From Eledone cirrhosa (lineage: Eukaryota), in contig OZ024759.1 in NCBI GenBank assembly GCA_964016885.1, positions 27,838,001 through 27,902,000 of the forward strand: 64,000 nt of DNA, given 5' to 3'. The translations under genes and the position numbers were made by a program. The stretch's first letter is position 1; each line of letters starts with the position of its first letter. The notes below the pieces were generated by a model. The model searched no databases and was not told where the DNA came from. It saw only the letters and a list, made by a program, of their open reading frames with translations. Shown here one piece after another: positions 1 to 12,547 of this stretch.

Positions 1-214
1 ACTTCTACAGAGCTAGAACGTTTCATTCGTAAGAAATAATCAGGAATCACTGAACATTTTTTATGAATGAAACTGTTCTAATCCTGTGGAAATTAGTTCT
101 ATAATACACACATGTATGCTCAATATACGGTTTGTTTGTAAACAAACAGCCCTCATAAACACAACGTGAAGGTGGCCACATTTGGAGTGGTCTGAACGCT
201 GTATTATTTCTTAC

Positions 215-638
215 TGGCACAATCGGTAGAGGGTCAGACGCTATGCTTTGCAGCATAGAGTTACGGCCCTTTATGATTTGAGTTCAAATCTCGTCGAGGT
301 TAATTTTGCCTTTCATCGTTACGGGGTCGATAAAATAAAGTCCCAGTCACGCACTGGGGTCGATTTAATCGACTTTCTCCCCCCCCCCCCCCCCTCACCC
401 TCAAATTGCTGGCCTTGTGCCTATATAAGAAACCATTATTTCTTGGGTGGATTGGCAGTATCGGTAGAGAGTCGGACACCATGCTTTGAAGCATAGAGTT
501 ACGTCCCTTTATGATTTGAGTTCAAATCCCGCCGAGGTTAACTTTGCCTTTCATCCTTACGGGATCGATAAAATAAAGTACCAGTAATGTACTGGGTAAT
601 TGCTGGCCTTGTGCCTAAAATAGAAACATTTATTTCTT
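215..638 (+). mobile_element. Two tandem tRNA-derived SINEs (family N, Nin/Deu-like central domain)
   Basis: A box TGGCAGTATCGG, B box GAGTTCAAATCC, domain ttgcctttcatcc..ggggtcgataaaataaagtacc. Units ~215-445 and 446-638. Confidence 0.85.
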
Positions 639-1279
639 GATCTGAGGTGGTCAACACATTCCGTGAGGTTGACCACATTTGGAGAGGTCTGAACGCTGTA
701 TTTCTTGATTTGGGGTGGTAGATGTAGTGTCTGTCATTTAGCAGACGAAAGCCAAGAGCATGTAACCACTTCCTATACTATGTCGTAGCCTTGAAGAGAG
801 AGAGAGAGAGAGGGAGGAGTACAGAGGGGTTCACGCATGCGTAATGACGTAATTAAAGATGGCTAAGTGCGGGATTTACGAAATTGATGTTTAAATGACA
901 CCTTGTAGCAACTGTAAGTAATAAAGTCCTTAATTACTTTAAATATTGTTTTACACAAAAGCTGGGAGATATTACAAGCTATCCTGGACCTTTGGTGTCT
1001 TTAATAAGGTACATTCCCTTTTCAGGGAGAAGTTTTTAACTGAGCATAACATCTTGGTTCGTAGCCAAGTGCGCTGGAGTCTTTGACAACTGTCAAAACA
1101 CAATTGTATTTTTTTTATTATTATTATTACACCTTATTTCCTCAACTATAATGGCGATTTTATTTTTAATCGTCAGAGTCATTAGTTGATAGAATTTTGA
1201 GGATAAAATTTGGGGATTTTCCTATAAATTTTGATGCTTTTTGAACGAATATAGCCTTCAAAACTCTCGTAAACAACTA

Positions 1280-1642
1280 CCGTGTTTCCCCTGCCCCAGA
1301 AATAAGCCCTGACATGATTTTTATGTTGTCCAGTATAAGCCCTATCCTGAAAGCCCTATCCTAGCGCATTTTTGCCAGGAAAATTAATATAAAGATAATA
1401 TAAAACGCAGACTTCCAGAGTATTGTTGTTTACTAACATAATAAATTATTTTATCGATATTGCTTTTAACTCTATAATATATATTCTTTATTTTTGACAT
1501 CAGTATAATGATATTTTTATCAAAACTCTTGAGCTGTTATTATTTGTGTAAACATATAAGCCTTACTACGAATCTAAGCTCAAGTGCTCCGCCTCTCTTT
1601 TTTACTGAACAATAATATAAAACCTGTCTTAGAGAATCAAGG
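1280..1642. mobile_element. Tc2/pogo-type MITE (decayed)
   Basis: TA-ccgtgtttcccc...aaataagccc 5' end, reiterated taagccct subterminal motifs, degenerate 3' end ...gg-TA. Confidence 0.55.
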
Positions 1643-2029
1643 TAGTTTTCTGTGTTTCACTCAAACGATATGTCTCAGCCCCCTTTCTCGTAGACGAGTG
1701 TAAGGATTAAAGTTTACCGACATAATTGCAGTTTAGTTCTCGCCACATCTTGAATTTTTGTTCAAATAATTTTCTATTCTTAGTAATATATATTTTAAAA
1801 TAAGAAATAAGATTTTGCAGAGGTAGTTTTTTTGGGGGTGTTTATTTTTAATGATGTAGATGATTCATACGTTGACGAAGTTATATTATAAATAAAAAAA
1901 ATCCTTTTTTTTTCTTTCGCAATTCCGAGTTGTAGAAATCCTATGACATTATCAATATTGATTATTATTTTAGAATAATGAAATAAATTTACTATGTTCT
2001 GGCAACTCTTTCACACATAGAGGGACCTG

Positions 2030-3025
2030 ACGTATAGATTGAGAACGATTTGGCTGCTATTTCTAGCAGGTTTGACCACAATGTCTTCGTTGGTATATAG
2101 ATAGCTAATATAGTACGGTGTGTTTTGAGGGGGGAATTGGTTGCTATTTCTGACAGATCTAGCTGCTATCTAGAGGAAGGTCTACCACATTGACTTATAC
2201 ATATATACAAGTAGCTCCCAAACAGAGCACCTGTATTTATTTTGAGGGACATTTGGCTGCTACTTTTAACAGGTCTAGTTACCATTAGCTCATACAAACA
2301 TAACTGTAGTGTGATTTGAGGGAGAATTAGCTGCTATTTCTATTATGTCCAGCTATCGTGTAGTGGCCTCGCTATTTTGTCTTATATATATACAGCGAGA
2401 GAGAGAGAGACATGACATGACACAGTATGGTGTGGCTTGAGGGAGAATTGTCTGCTATTTTTACTAGATCTACCTACCATGTAGAGGTTCTATTACATTG
2501 GCTCATACAATATATGCTAGCAAGTAGCTCCTAAACAGAGCTCCTGTATTTTGAGGGAGATCTGGCTACTATTTCTAGCTACAGTGTAGTGACCTGCTCT
2601 TTTGTCATATATATATATATGTATATAGTGAAGGCGTGTGGCTGAATGGTTAGAGCATTGGATTCGCAATCGTGAGGTTGTGAGTTCGATTCCTGGACCG
2701 GGCGGTGCGTTATGTCCTTGAGCAAGACACTTTATTTCACGTTGCTCCTTCTACCTGGAGTTGCGACCGTTAGATAGTATTAGCAATTGGAAAGACCAAT
2801 GAAAACATTGTTTCCTCGGTCCGATTTGACGAAAGTCGATCGTCCCTCCCTCTCTCTCTCTATATATACACAGATAGATATAGAGTGATACATGCATAAT
2901 ACATATGGTATAGTTTGAGGGAATATTGGCTACGATTTCTACTATGACTAGCTACCATGTAGAGGCTTTACAATACAACACGGCCTAAACAATATATGCT
3001 AGCAATTAGCTCCTAAACAGAACTC
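2030..3025 (+). repeat. Degenerate tandem repeat (core ttgagggagatttggctgctatttcta), ~7 units, interrupted by SINE S1
   Basis: Units near 2040, 2125, 2241, 2315, 2437, 2550 and 2913. Confidence 0.7.
2628..2846 (+). mobile_element. tRNA-derived SINE family S1
   Basis: A box TGGCTGAATGG, B box GAGTTCGATTCC, central tccttgagcaagacactttatttcacgttgctcc. Other copies at 25105-25672 (-) and 28530-28700 (+). Confidence 0.85.
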
Positions 3026-3204
3026 TTTCGTGTACTTGTGTATCGCTTGGTGCGCTGCGAGTTAACATTAGTTCCATCGCGTAGGAGAAAGATTCCATTT
3101 AAAAACGTGAATAAGTACAAACTGAATATCGCCAGAACGTTTGTATATAACCCTCCTCTGTTCGGCTTCCCATCGGTGATACGGGTGTATCACTTTATAT
3201 ATAT

Positions 3205-3362
3205 ATACTTTGGGAGGGTCATGCTGCCAATAAAAACACACGCACTTGATGGTTTTACTTCCATTTATTACAAATTTCCGGTTGCTTGGTTCAATAACGG
3301 GATGGCTGTTTATATATTGTCAAAGTTCTTTCGTCACACATTCTGTGACCTCCCAAGTGACT
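3205..3362 (-). mobile_element. Family E repeat with decayed hammerhead
   Basis: Shares the terminus t(t/g)gggagggtcat with 27241, 44426 and 56190. Minus strand GUCA-CUUGGGAG-GUCACA-GAAUG-UGUGAC-GAAAGAACU-U^UGAC has stems I and II intact and a mutated core. Confidence 0.55.
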
Positions 3363-3426
3363 GATTTCTTATTTTGTTTCTCTCTTTTGTTCTGTACTAC
3401 ACCATCTTGTTTTTGTGTGTTGTGTG

Positions 3427-3473
<47 letters not shown>

Positions 3474-3515
3474 AATTTATGTGTAAGTGGCTGAGCATTC
3501 CAAAGACACATTTTA

Positions 3516-3553
<38 letters not shown>

Positions 3554-3595
3554 TAAAATGTGTCTTTGGAATGCTCAGCCACTTACACATAAATT
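3474..3595. repeat. Perfect palindrome: 45-bp arms around (TA)n
   Basis: 3474-3518 is the exact reverse complement of 3551-3595. Confidence 0.95.
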
Positions 3596-3691
3596 TCCTT
3601 TAGCAGGCAGTTCTGTTGCTTGAATCAAATAGAGCATATATAGGTATGGTTGTATATATGTATGGATATACATGTACATACATACGCACGC

Positions 3692-3741
<50 letters not shown>

Positions 3742-4209
3742 CATCCTTAAAATAAATGCAAACGTAAGCAACATTTTATTTTCTATTTTTTTGTTCTGTA
3801 CCTTCTATTTTTTTTCCGTTTATTTCCACATGAATAAAACAGACGAGAGAAGTGTGTGTCGGCTGCATTGAATAGCATTCAACATTTAATGGCTCGTGAG
3901 TGAGAAATATTATGGATGATTTCTTCGTCTTTACTCAAGAGGAATCTTTTTTGTTGGGGAATGAATATATTTTTTGTTGTTGTGGTAGGAAGTCGACTTT
4001 ATTGAATGTAGTCAAGTGTATGAAGACTATATGTTGTACTTATTTTGTACTATTTTGTAATATTTTGTACTTCTGATGGGGAGTACAAAGGCAATGGCGT
4101 CTCTGGCGGAATTTGAACTTAGTAAGTTAATGAAAGGAATAGTAAAGTGAATACTGTAAGTCACACACACATATATACACACACACACACACATGCATGT
4201 ATGTATGTA

Positions 4210-4288
4210 CAGGGTGTCTCCAAAAATGCATGCACACTTTGATTAGAATGCAGCTGAAGTGTGTATACATTTTTTGGGGAAAACCCTA
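4210..4288. mobile_element. Tiny Tc1/mariner-type MITE
   Basis: TIR resembling cagggtgtcccaaaa..tgtatacac, flanked by TA. Confidence 0.65.
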
Positions 4289-4308
4289 TACACACACATA
4301 CACACAAC

Positions 4309-4339
<31 letters not shown>

Positions 4340-4527
4340 TATGTATATTTATTTATATATATGGCGAGTTTCCCAAAGCAATTTGATTTTACTTAGTTTT
4401 TCAGCCGAATTACCTAAGAAGGTATACGCCAATTTGGCATGCATTTCATACAATATAGTATATAAACCCCTATGTTTACATATTGAGGGCTCTTAATTTA
4501 GTGATTACAACTATGCATTCGGGCAAG

Positions 4528-4573
<46 letters not shown>

Positions 4574-4591
4574 ATTTTATTTTATAGAAGG

Positions 4592-4642
4592 AGCTTCTAC
4601 AGGATTAGTACTGTTTCATTCAGATGAAATCTTCAGGAAGCT
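4592..4642 (-). ncRNA. Type I hammerhead ribozyme motif (family C, left arm of palindrome)
   Basis: Minus strand AGCUUC-CUGAAGA-UUUCAUCUGAAU-GAA-ACAG-UACUAAUC-CUGU-A^GAAGCU. Stem I is a perfect 6 bp, stem III 4 bp, cleavage triplet GUA. Stem II is weak (U.U closing). AAUAAA follows. Confidence 0.7.
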
Positions 4643-4674
4643 GGGTGTAAATACCAGAACTTAATATGACACCC

Positions 4675-4725
4675 AGCTTCCTGAAGATTTCATCTGAATG
4701 AAACAGTACTAGTCCTGTAGAAACT
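4675..4725 (+). ncRNA. Type I hammerhead ribozyme motif (family C, right arm of palindrome)
   Basis: AGCUUC-CUGAAGA-UUUCAUCUGAAU-GAA-ACAG-UACUAGUC-CUGU-A^GAAACU, with one mismatch in stem I. Confidence 0.65.
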
Positions 4726-4812
4726 CCTTCTATAAAATAAAAATTTTTTTACTCTGCCATGTATTGAGTACCTTACTTACTGTGGTTATCCCCGACTCAA
4801 CCCGGGACCTAC

Positions 4813-4857
<45 letters not shown>

Positions 4858-4942
4858 GTTAAACCCAATGAAACTTAAGTATGCCACTCTTGTAACTCAT
4901 TATATATATATATATATTATATATATATATATTATATATATA

Positions 4943-4992
<50 letters not shown>

Positions 4993-5393
4993 GTGTGTAT
5001 ATAAATACATGCCCAGAGAGAGAGGTGTATTGTGTGACATTGATGATGTTTTCATCTGCCTCACTTCTTGCACGCATTTAACATACTCACTATTGTTATT
5101 ATTAGTATTATTATTATTATTATTACACCTTCTCTGGTGGTAATGGTGGTGGTGGTGGTGGTGGAAGGGGTGGTTGGTTTGTGGAAGGGGTGTGAGCGAG
5201 AGGAAGTTGGTCGATGGGTGGTTGACTGGGGAATTGTCATTAAATCACCCCTACCATCATCATCGCCACCATCACCTTCATCATCACTACAACCATGACC
5301 CTCACCACTACCACCAACATCAGCAACAACAGTATCATCATCACCATCATCATCATCAAGAAGAGCAGTATTAATAACAACAATAATAGCAAT

Positions 5394-5535
5394 AATTGTT
5401 TCTACTTTTGGCACAATGCCAGCAATTACCCAGTGCATTACTGGTACTTTATTTTATCGACCCCGTAAGGATGAAAGGCAAAGTCAACTCGGCGGGATTT
5501 GAACTCAGATCGTTAAGGGACGTAACTATAACCCC
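5394..5535 (-). mobile_element. SINE family N fragment
   Basis: Reverse complement of the 446-638 unit. Confidence 0.8.
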
Positions 5536-6087
5536 AACATCAAGAACAGTTACAACCACAACAGTAACAGCAGTAACAACAACAACAGTAACAACAACTA
5601 ACAGCAGCAGTAACAACAACAGTAACAACAACAGTAACAACGTCACCAACAACGTCACCAACAACAGTAGCAACAACAACAGTAACAACAACAACAACAG
5701 TAGCAACAACAACAACAGTAGCAACAACAACGTCACCAACAACAACAACAACAGTAACAACAACAACGTCACCAACAACAACAGTAACAACAACAACGTC
5801 ACCAACAACAGCAGTATTCATTACTTTTCCTGTAGGTCCCATTTAATCTCTATACCATAGTTTTGCACTGACGTCTTAATATTGATAAATGTACCCTTAA
5901 ACACGTGACTGGAACTCTCCTCCCCTCTCTCTCCCTCTCTATTATCTCACACATTCTCTTTCTCTCTCTCTCTCACTCACGCACACTTTCTCTCCCATTC
6001 TCCCAGTCTATCTGAGACAGACAAGAAAAGGTGAAGTAAAAAAGAGCACGAGTGAAGTTGTGGACCACGGGGAGGCACAGGGCACGA

Positions 6088-6350
6088 GTCACTGATAAGG
6101 TCACAGATTGTGACGAAAGGACTTCGGCAATCAATTGGTTAATCAGTTAAGATATTACTCAATTGAAAAGGTCACACGTTATGACGAAAGAACATCGACA
6201 ATACCAGTTAACTAATGCCCAGTTGATAAGGTCACAGGTTGTGACGAAAGAAAATCGACAATCAATTATTTAATCAGTTAGCTAACAACCTAATTGATAA
6301 GGTCACAGATTGTGACGAAAGAACTTCGACAATTAGTTAGTTAATTACCC
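6088..6350 (+). repeat. Tandem array of four hammerhead-like units (family E), 60-71 bp period
   Basis: Cores at 6092, 6163, 6223 and 6294 read (C/U)UGA(U/A)AAG-GUCAC-5nt-GUGAC-GAAAG(A/G)A. Homologous to single copies at 3315-3360 (-) and 56366-56407 (-). Confidence 0.65.
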
Positions 6351-7091
6351 GAATGAGTGACGGATTAGTGCTGATAATGTATGGAATATACTACAAAGGA
6401 CAACAGTATGATGATATGTTGATATAGTGTTAGTTTTATCAAGATTATCTTTGTATCTCCATACATACAAGAGTTCCAGCCATTTGATCTCGTCTTGTTC
6501 CCGTCGATAAAAGAATCAAGTACATATATCTTCTTATCATCGTCAAACAAATATAGAGATTATGGTGGTGGTGTCGGTAGTGTTGTTATTGGTGGTGGAG
6601 GGGTGGTGGTGTTTTTGGTGTTGGAGGTGGTGGTAGTGTTATTAGTGGTGGTGGAGGTGGTGGTAGTGTTGTTCGTAGTGGAAGTGTTGTTGGTAGTGGT
6701 AGTGTTGTTGTTCGTGGTGGTAGTATTGGTGTTGTTATTGGTGGTGTTGTTGGTGGTGGTAGTGTTGGATGTGGTGGTGGTGGTGGTGTTATTGTTGTTG
6801 TTGTTATTAGTGGTGGTGGTAGTGTTGGTGTTGTTATTGGCGGCGGCGGTGTTGTTGATAGTGGTGGTGTTATTGGTGGTGGAGGTGGTGGTAGTGTTGG
6901 TGTTTTTAGTGGTGTGTAGCTTCTTTGATGTTGTTGTTCTTGTTGGTATTGGTGACTTTGGTAGGGGTGCTAGTGAATTTGTTGTTGTTGGCGGTGGTGG
7001 TGTGTGGATGAAAAGGAGAAGAAACATTTAAAACCATTAAAGACAAACAAAGATGTTAATACTGACATATTTACACCAATAGATCTTTGTG

Positions 7092-7561
7092 TATTGTATA
7101 GTATGGTGTGGTATGGTGTGGTATAATATGGTATGGTATGGTGTGGTGTGGTATAATATGGTATGGTATGGTATAGTGTGATATGGTGTGGTATAGTATG
7201 GTATAGTATAATATGGTATAGTATGGTATGGTATGGTATGGTATGGTTGATATATGGTGTAGTATGGCGTGGTATGATATAGTATGGTATGGAATGGTAT
7301 AGTATGGTATACTATGCTATGATACAGTATGGTATATATGGTGTGGTGTGGTATGGTATGGAATGGTGCGGTATGATGTAGTATGGTATGGTATAGTATA
7401 GTATGGTATGGTGTGATATGGTATAGTATGGTATACTATGCTATGATATAGTATGGTATAGTATGGTATGATGTGGTATATTATGCTATGATATAGTATG
7501 GTATAGTATGGTGTGGTATGGTATGGTGTGGTATGGTATGATATGGTATGGTGTGGTATGG
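7092..7561. repeat. Degenerate (GTATG)n pentanucleotide microsatellite
   Basis: Direct inspection. Confidence 0.95.
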
Positions 7562-8293
7562 TCCCGTACCTCATGAACGAGTTGTAGGAGCACCTTATTC
7601 ACAAACAGCGTTTCTTAGGGCTTTTTTTTTAAACCCAAGGGAGCCCTTTTCTTCTTCAGGTCTGAATACAGCAGTACTAAACTGGTACTTTGTTTATCGA
7701 CCGCCAATGGATGAAGGGCAAAGTTGTATGTATGTATGATGTGTGTGTATGCATGCCTATATGCATGCCTATATATATATGTATGTATTATGTGTATGTA
7801 TATATGTACGTATATATGTATGCATGTACGTATATATGTATGTACGTATATATGTATGCATGTACGTATGTACGTATGTATGTATGTATATATGTATGTA
7901 TGTATGTACATGATTATATATAGTATACGCGCGCACACACACACACATATGCACACATACAGGCATCCATACATGCATACATATCTACCTACCTATCTAC
8001 ATCCATACAAACATGCATGCATACATACATACATACATATACAAATACATACATATATACACAGACATACAAACATACATATACACATACAAACACATAT
8101 ACATACATACTTACACACATACATACATACATACTTACACACATACATACATACAAACACGCACACACACACACACACATTTCTAAGTGACCACCTGCGA
8201 GCGCTTGTATGAGTGTGTATGTGTAAGAATATATAAGTGGTCATAATAGTAATTTAAAAGTAAAAGTGGTGTAATAGAGATAGAGCTAGAGTG

Positions 8294-8529
<236 letters not shown>

Positions 8530-8554
8530 ATATATATATATATGTGTATATATA

Positions 8555-8646
<92 letters not shown>

Positions 8647-9575
8647 TAAACAGACATATATAGAGTGAGATAGATAGATAGACAAAGATATATATATATA
8701 TACATAGGGAGAGAGAGAGTGTGTGTTTGTGTTTGGATGAGGGTGAGGTGGCCATGTTGAGTGGTTGAATAAGGGAAATAACCACTTGAGGAGACTGATA
8801 GACAGACAGACAGACAGACTGACAGAGCGACAGAGAGAGAAGTGGTGGTGGTAGTGAGAGGTAATTGATTACAGCTGGACACTTTAACCTCTCCACTAGA
8901 GAACATAGTACTTTAATATAGTAGTGGTAGTGGTGGTGATGGTGATAATAGTAGTAGTAGTAGCAGTAGTAGTGGTGATAATAGTTGTAGTAGTAGTAGT
9001 AATGATGGTGGTGGTAGTAGTGGTGGTAGTAGTAGTAGTGATGGTGGTAGTATTAGTATTAGTAGAAGTATTGATGATGATAGTAGTAGTAGTAGTAGTA
9101 GTGATGGTATTAGTAGCAGTGATAGTAGTAGTAGTGGTAGTTGCAGTTGTAGTGGTAGTAACACACGTACGCACAAACACGCACGTAGACACACTCACAG
9201 ATGCTCATACATATGTAAACACACACACACACACACACACATGTAAATTCCAAATAATGATTCCATCCATCTTGTATATATGTATGGATATGTAACTCAG
9301 GACGAAGTCGTAGGAGGTGCGCTTGTGACATAGGCATGTCTTAGGAGGTGCGGTTGTGACATAAATCATGTCTTAGGCATTTTACAACCGGGCGGAGGTC
9401 ATTGCCTCTTCAGATCTGAACACAGCTGATTGGGAACGTAACCTTATTATATAAGAAGCTGTCTGATGATGTCATGGCACTGGGTAAACGGAATCGTGTG
9501 GCCACTGTCGTCATTGAAATATGTATCACAGCATTTTCAATAAAGGACTTTAATTGAAACTACTTCATATTTTGT

Positions 9576-9608
<33 letters not shown>

Positions 9609-9761
9609 GGTTCTGGGTTTCAATTGGAGGTAACCACAGTATGTAAGGCACTCAATGCAATAATAGAGTGTAGGAAAGCTGTCATGATTTCCTTCTAACG
9701 AAACATTCGAGTCCTGTAAAAGCCATTTCTATATTAAATTTTGTTATATATATATATATAT

Positions 9762-9960
9762 AACGAAGGAAATGTGGTACGGAACCAGATGGACCATAAC
9801 GCACCAAAGTACTCAATACTTAGAGTGGGTAATAGGAAGGAGTAGGACCCCGACGCTGAGCTCAAGCCGTTTCGACAGCTAATTCTTGACTTTCTTTTTT
9901 AGTCCAGAATTAGCTGTCGAAACGGCTTGAGCTCAGCCGTCGGGGTCCTACTCGTTCCTA
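9762..9960. mobile_element. Family B palindromic element in (TA)n
   Basis: Inverted arms ~9832-9890 / 9901-9960, containing GAAACGGCTTGAGCTCAGCCGTC. Confidence 0.8.
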
Positions 9961-10155
9961 TATATATATATATATATATAGCGTTAACCTAATATATACC
10001 TTCCATATACTGTACCGATTGTGTTGTTATTTCTGTTTACCTTTTACACACACACATATATATATATACATACCCCACCTCTCTCTCTCTCTCTGCTATT
10101 TCAAACGTTAAACTAATATATTTCTTCCATGTTTGTTTTGATATTTTTGTTATTA

Positions 10156-10232
<77 letters not shown>

Positions 10233-10329
10233 CTATATCTATTATATATAGAGAGAGTGTGTGTATGTATGTACCCGTATCTCCTGATGAGGTCGTAGAG
10301 GTGCAATCGTAACATACGGTCTCAGATAT

Positions 10330-10995
10330 TTAAAACCTAGCGGTACCCATCCCATCTCCAGATCTGAACACCTTATTTCTTCCAGAGAAGGGGAGATAGA
10401 TAGAGAAGATCATAGAGAGGAAGTGAGAAAGAGATTTAGAGGAAGGATCAATCCCAGTACTTGACTGGTACTTTTTTTTATCCACCTTGAAAAAAAAAGG
10501 AAAGACATACGGCGTTTCTAGGGCAAATTAAAAAAAAAAAACTTGGCGAAACCCATCTTTTCTCCATGTCTGAATACAACATATTTTCTCCAGATAAGTA
10601 TAGAGACAGTGAAAGATTGGAAGAAAGAAAGATATATATATAGGAAGAATCGACCCCAGTACTTGACTGGTACTTTTTTTATCCACCTTGAAAAAAAAGG
10701 AAAGACATACGGCGTTTCTAGGGCAAATAAAAAAAAAAAACTTGGCGAAACCCATCTTTTCTCCGTGTCTGAATACAACATATTTTCTCCAGATAAGTAT
10801 AGAGACAGTGAAAGAGTGGAAGAAAGAAAGAGATATATATAGGAAGAATCGACCCCAGTATTTGACTGGTACTTCTTTTATAGACCTCAAATGGATGAAA
10901 GACAAAGTTGATCTCGGCCGGATTTGAACTGAGAGGATAGAGCCTGAACGAATATCGCAAATCATGCATGACATACGACGTTTTAACGCCATCTG
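10330..10995 (-). mobile_element. SINE family N long-tail variant with ~200-bp internal tandem duplication
   Basis: cccagta(c/t)ttgactggtac recurs at ~10453, 10655 and 10855. Head with B box at ~10920. Confidence 0.75.
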
Positions 10996-11251
10996 GGAAC
11001 TGACAGAAAAAAACAAACAAACGCTAAGTGGTGGTGGTGGTGGAGAAGAGGAGGATATACTTAGTATTTTATTTCATAGAACTCGACACATGTTATCCTG
11101 CCTTCTAATTACTTTCCCAATCCGGTGGACAGAATGGAGAAGGCGTTTCACCGGAGAATGGTGAAGGTGATACACTGGAAGAGCCATTCCAGGCAAGGCA
11201 GATACTTAAGTCTCGTTGGGTTTAACAACAACACATTCAGTTGCAATATGA

Positions 11252-11297
11252 CAGACTGAATGAGTTAGTGTTAAACACAACGAAACTTAAATATCTG
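11252..11297 (+). ncRNA. Hammerhead-like motif with CUGAAUGA core (family D)
   Basis: CAGA-CUGAAUGA-GUU(A)GUGU-UAA-ACACAAC-GAA-ACUUAAAU-A^UCUG. The inverted partner at 11198-11241 and the fragment at 4855-4900 keep the palindromic ACUUAAGU. Confidence 0.55.
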
Positions 11298-11367
11298 CGA
11301 AATGCCTCTATGGTAAACTGATTTATATATAACTCGTCCCACGGACTGAGTACTCTGAAGAACTCAT

Positions 11368-11407
<40 letters not shown>

Positions 11408-11561
11408 ATAATAATAAATTATATAGTAATATATATTATATAGTAAATTATAGTAATATATATATATAGTAATAATAATAAATTTGAAGACTAAAATCCA
11501 AAGCGGCCTCGATAAGGATAAATATGTATCAAATATATAAGAACCATAGAGCAAATATTTA

Positions 11562-11608
<47 letters not shown>

Positions 11609-11626
11609 GTGTGTGTGTGTATACAC

Positions 11627-11701
<75 letters not shown>

Positions 11702-12105
11702 CGTGTAATTACACATGCCGCACAAAATATGAAACAGGCTGTAAAACATGTGTTGCAGGAGCGCCATCTGTTGAGGGGAGAGATGCAAGTGGGTGAGTGT
11801 AAGAGAGAAGGTGTGTGAGAGAGACAAAGGTGTGTGTATATATATACAGTATATATATATATATATATGAGAGAGAGTGAGGGAGCTAGGGGCTATGCGC
11901 ATGAGTGTGTGAGAGAGATGGGTGGAGGGGCTGGGATGAGGGCTGAGTGTGAGAGAGAGTGTTGAAGATGAGTGTGAGAATGTTTTTTGTGAGAATGTTT
12001 CACTATATGATGCTGTGACGAACTACATTATTGACCTGGGAACTATTGAAATATAAAGCATGTCTACAAGTGTGTATATATACACATGAACATGTCTACA
12101 TACAT

Positions 12106-12176
<71 letters not shown>

Positions 12177-12248
12177 TGCATATATATATATATATGGCTA
12201 TATATATATATACCTACATATACACATATATGTCTACATATATACATA

Positions 12249-12294
<46 letters not shown>

Positions 12295-12477
12295 CCCATA
12301 TATCTGCCTACCTAACTTTCTTTTTGTATATATATATATACACACACACACATATATATATGTATATATATATATATATATATACGCTATATTTAAGTTA
12401 GTGTGTTGTCGCTTATACATACATATATACACACACACATGCATGCATACTTATATACATATATACACATGCATGCA

Positions 12478-12545
<68 letters not shown>

Positions 12546-12547
<2 letters not shown>

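Larger units (their letters stand above)
4575..4812. mobile_element. Penelope-like pseudo-LTR/retrozyme element with inverted 5' duplication, inserted in (TA)n
   Basis: 74-bp inverted arms (4575-4648 / 4669-4742), a 20-nt spacer and a unique tail to 4812, with (TA)n on both sides. A diverged relative lies at 9608-9745. Confidence 0.65.

Noticed and set aside
2628-2705. tRNA gene candidates (also 22512-23130, 43700, 53230)
   Set aside because: A/B boxes run directly into shared SINE bodies with no proper acceptor stem or terminator; these are SINE heads.
9460-10320. CUGAUGA at ~9463 and ~10285 (also CUGANGA at 30582, 45687, 57455)
   Set aside because: No stem II plus GAAA plus stem III/NUH arrangement follows; chance matches.
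11760-11774. CTCF-like motif gcgccatctgttg
   Set aside because: Single short match, common in repeats, with no supporting context.
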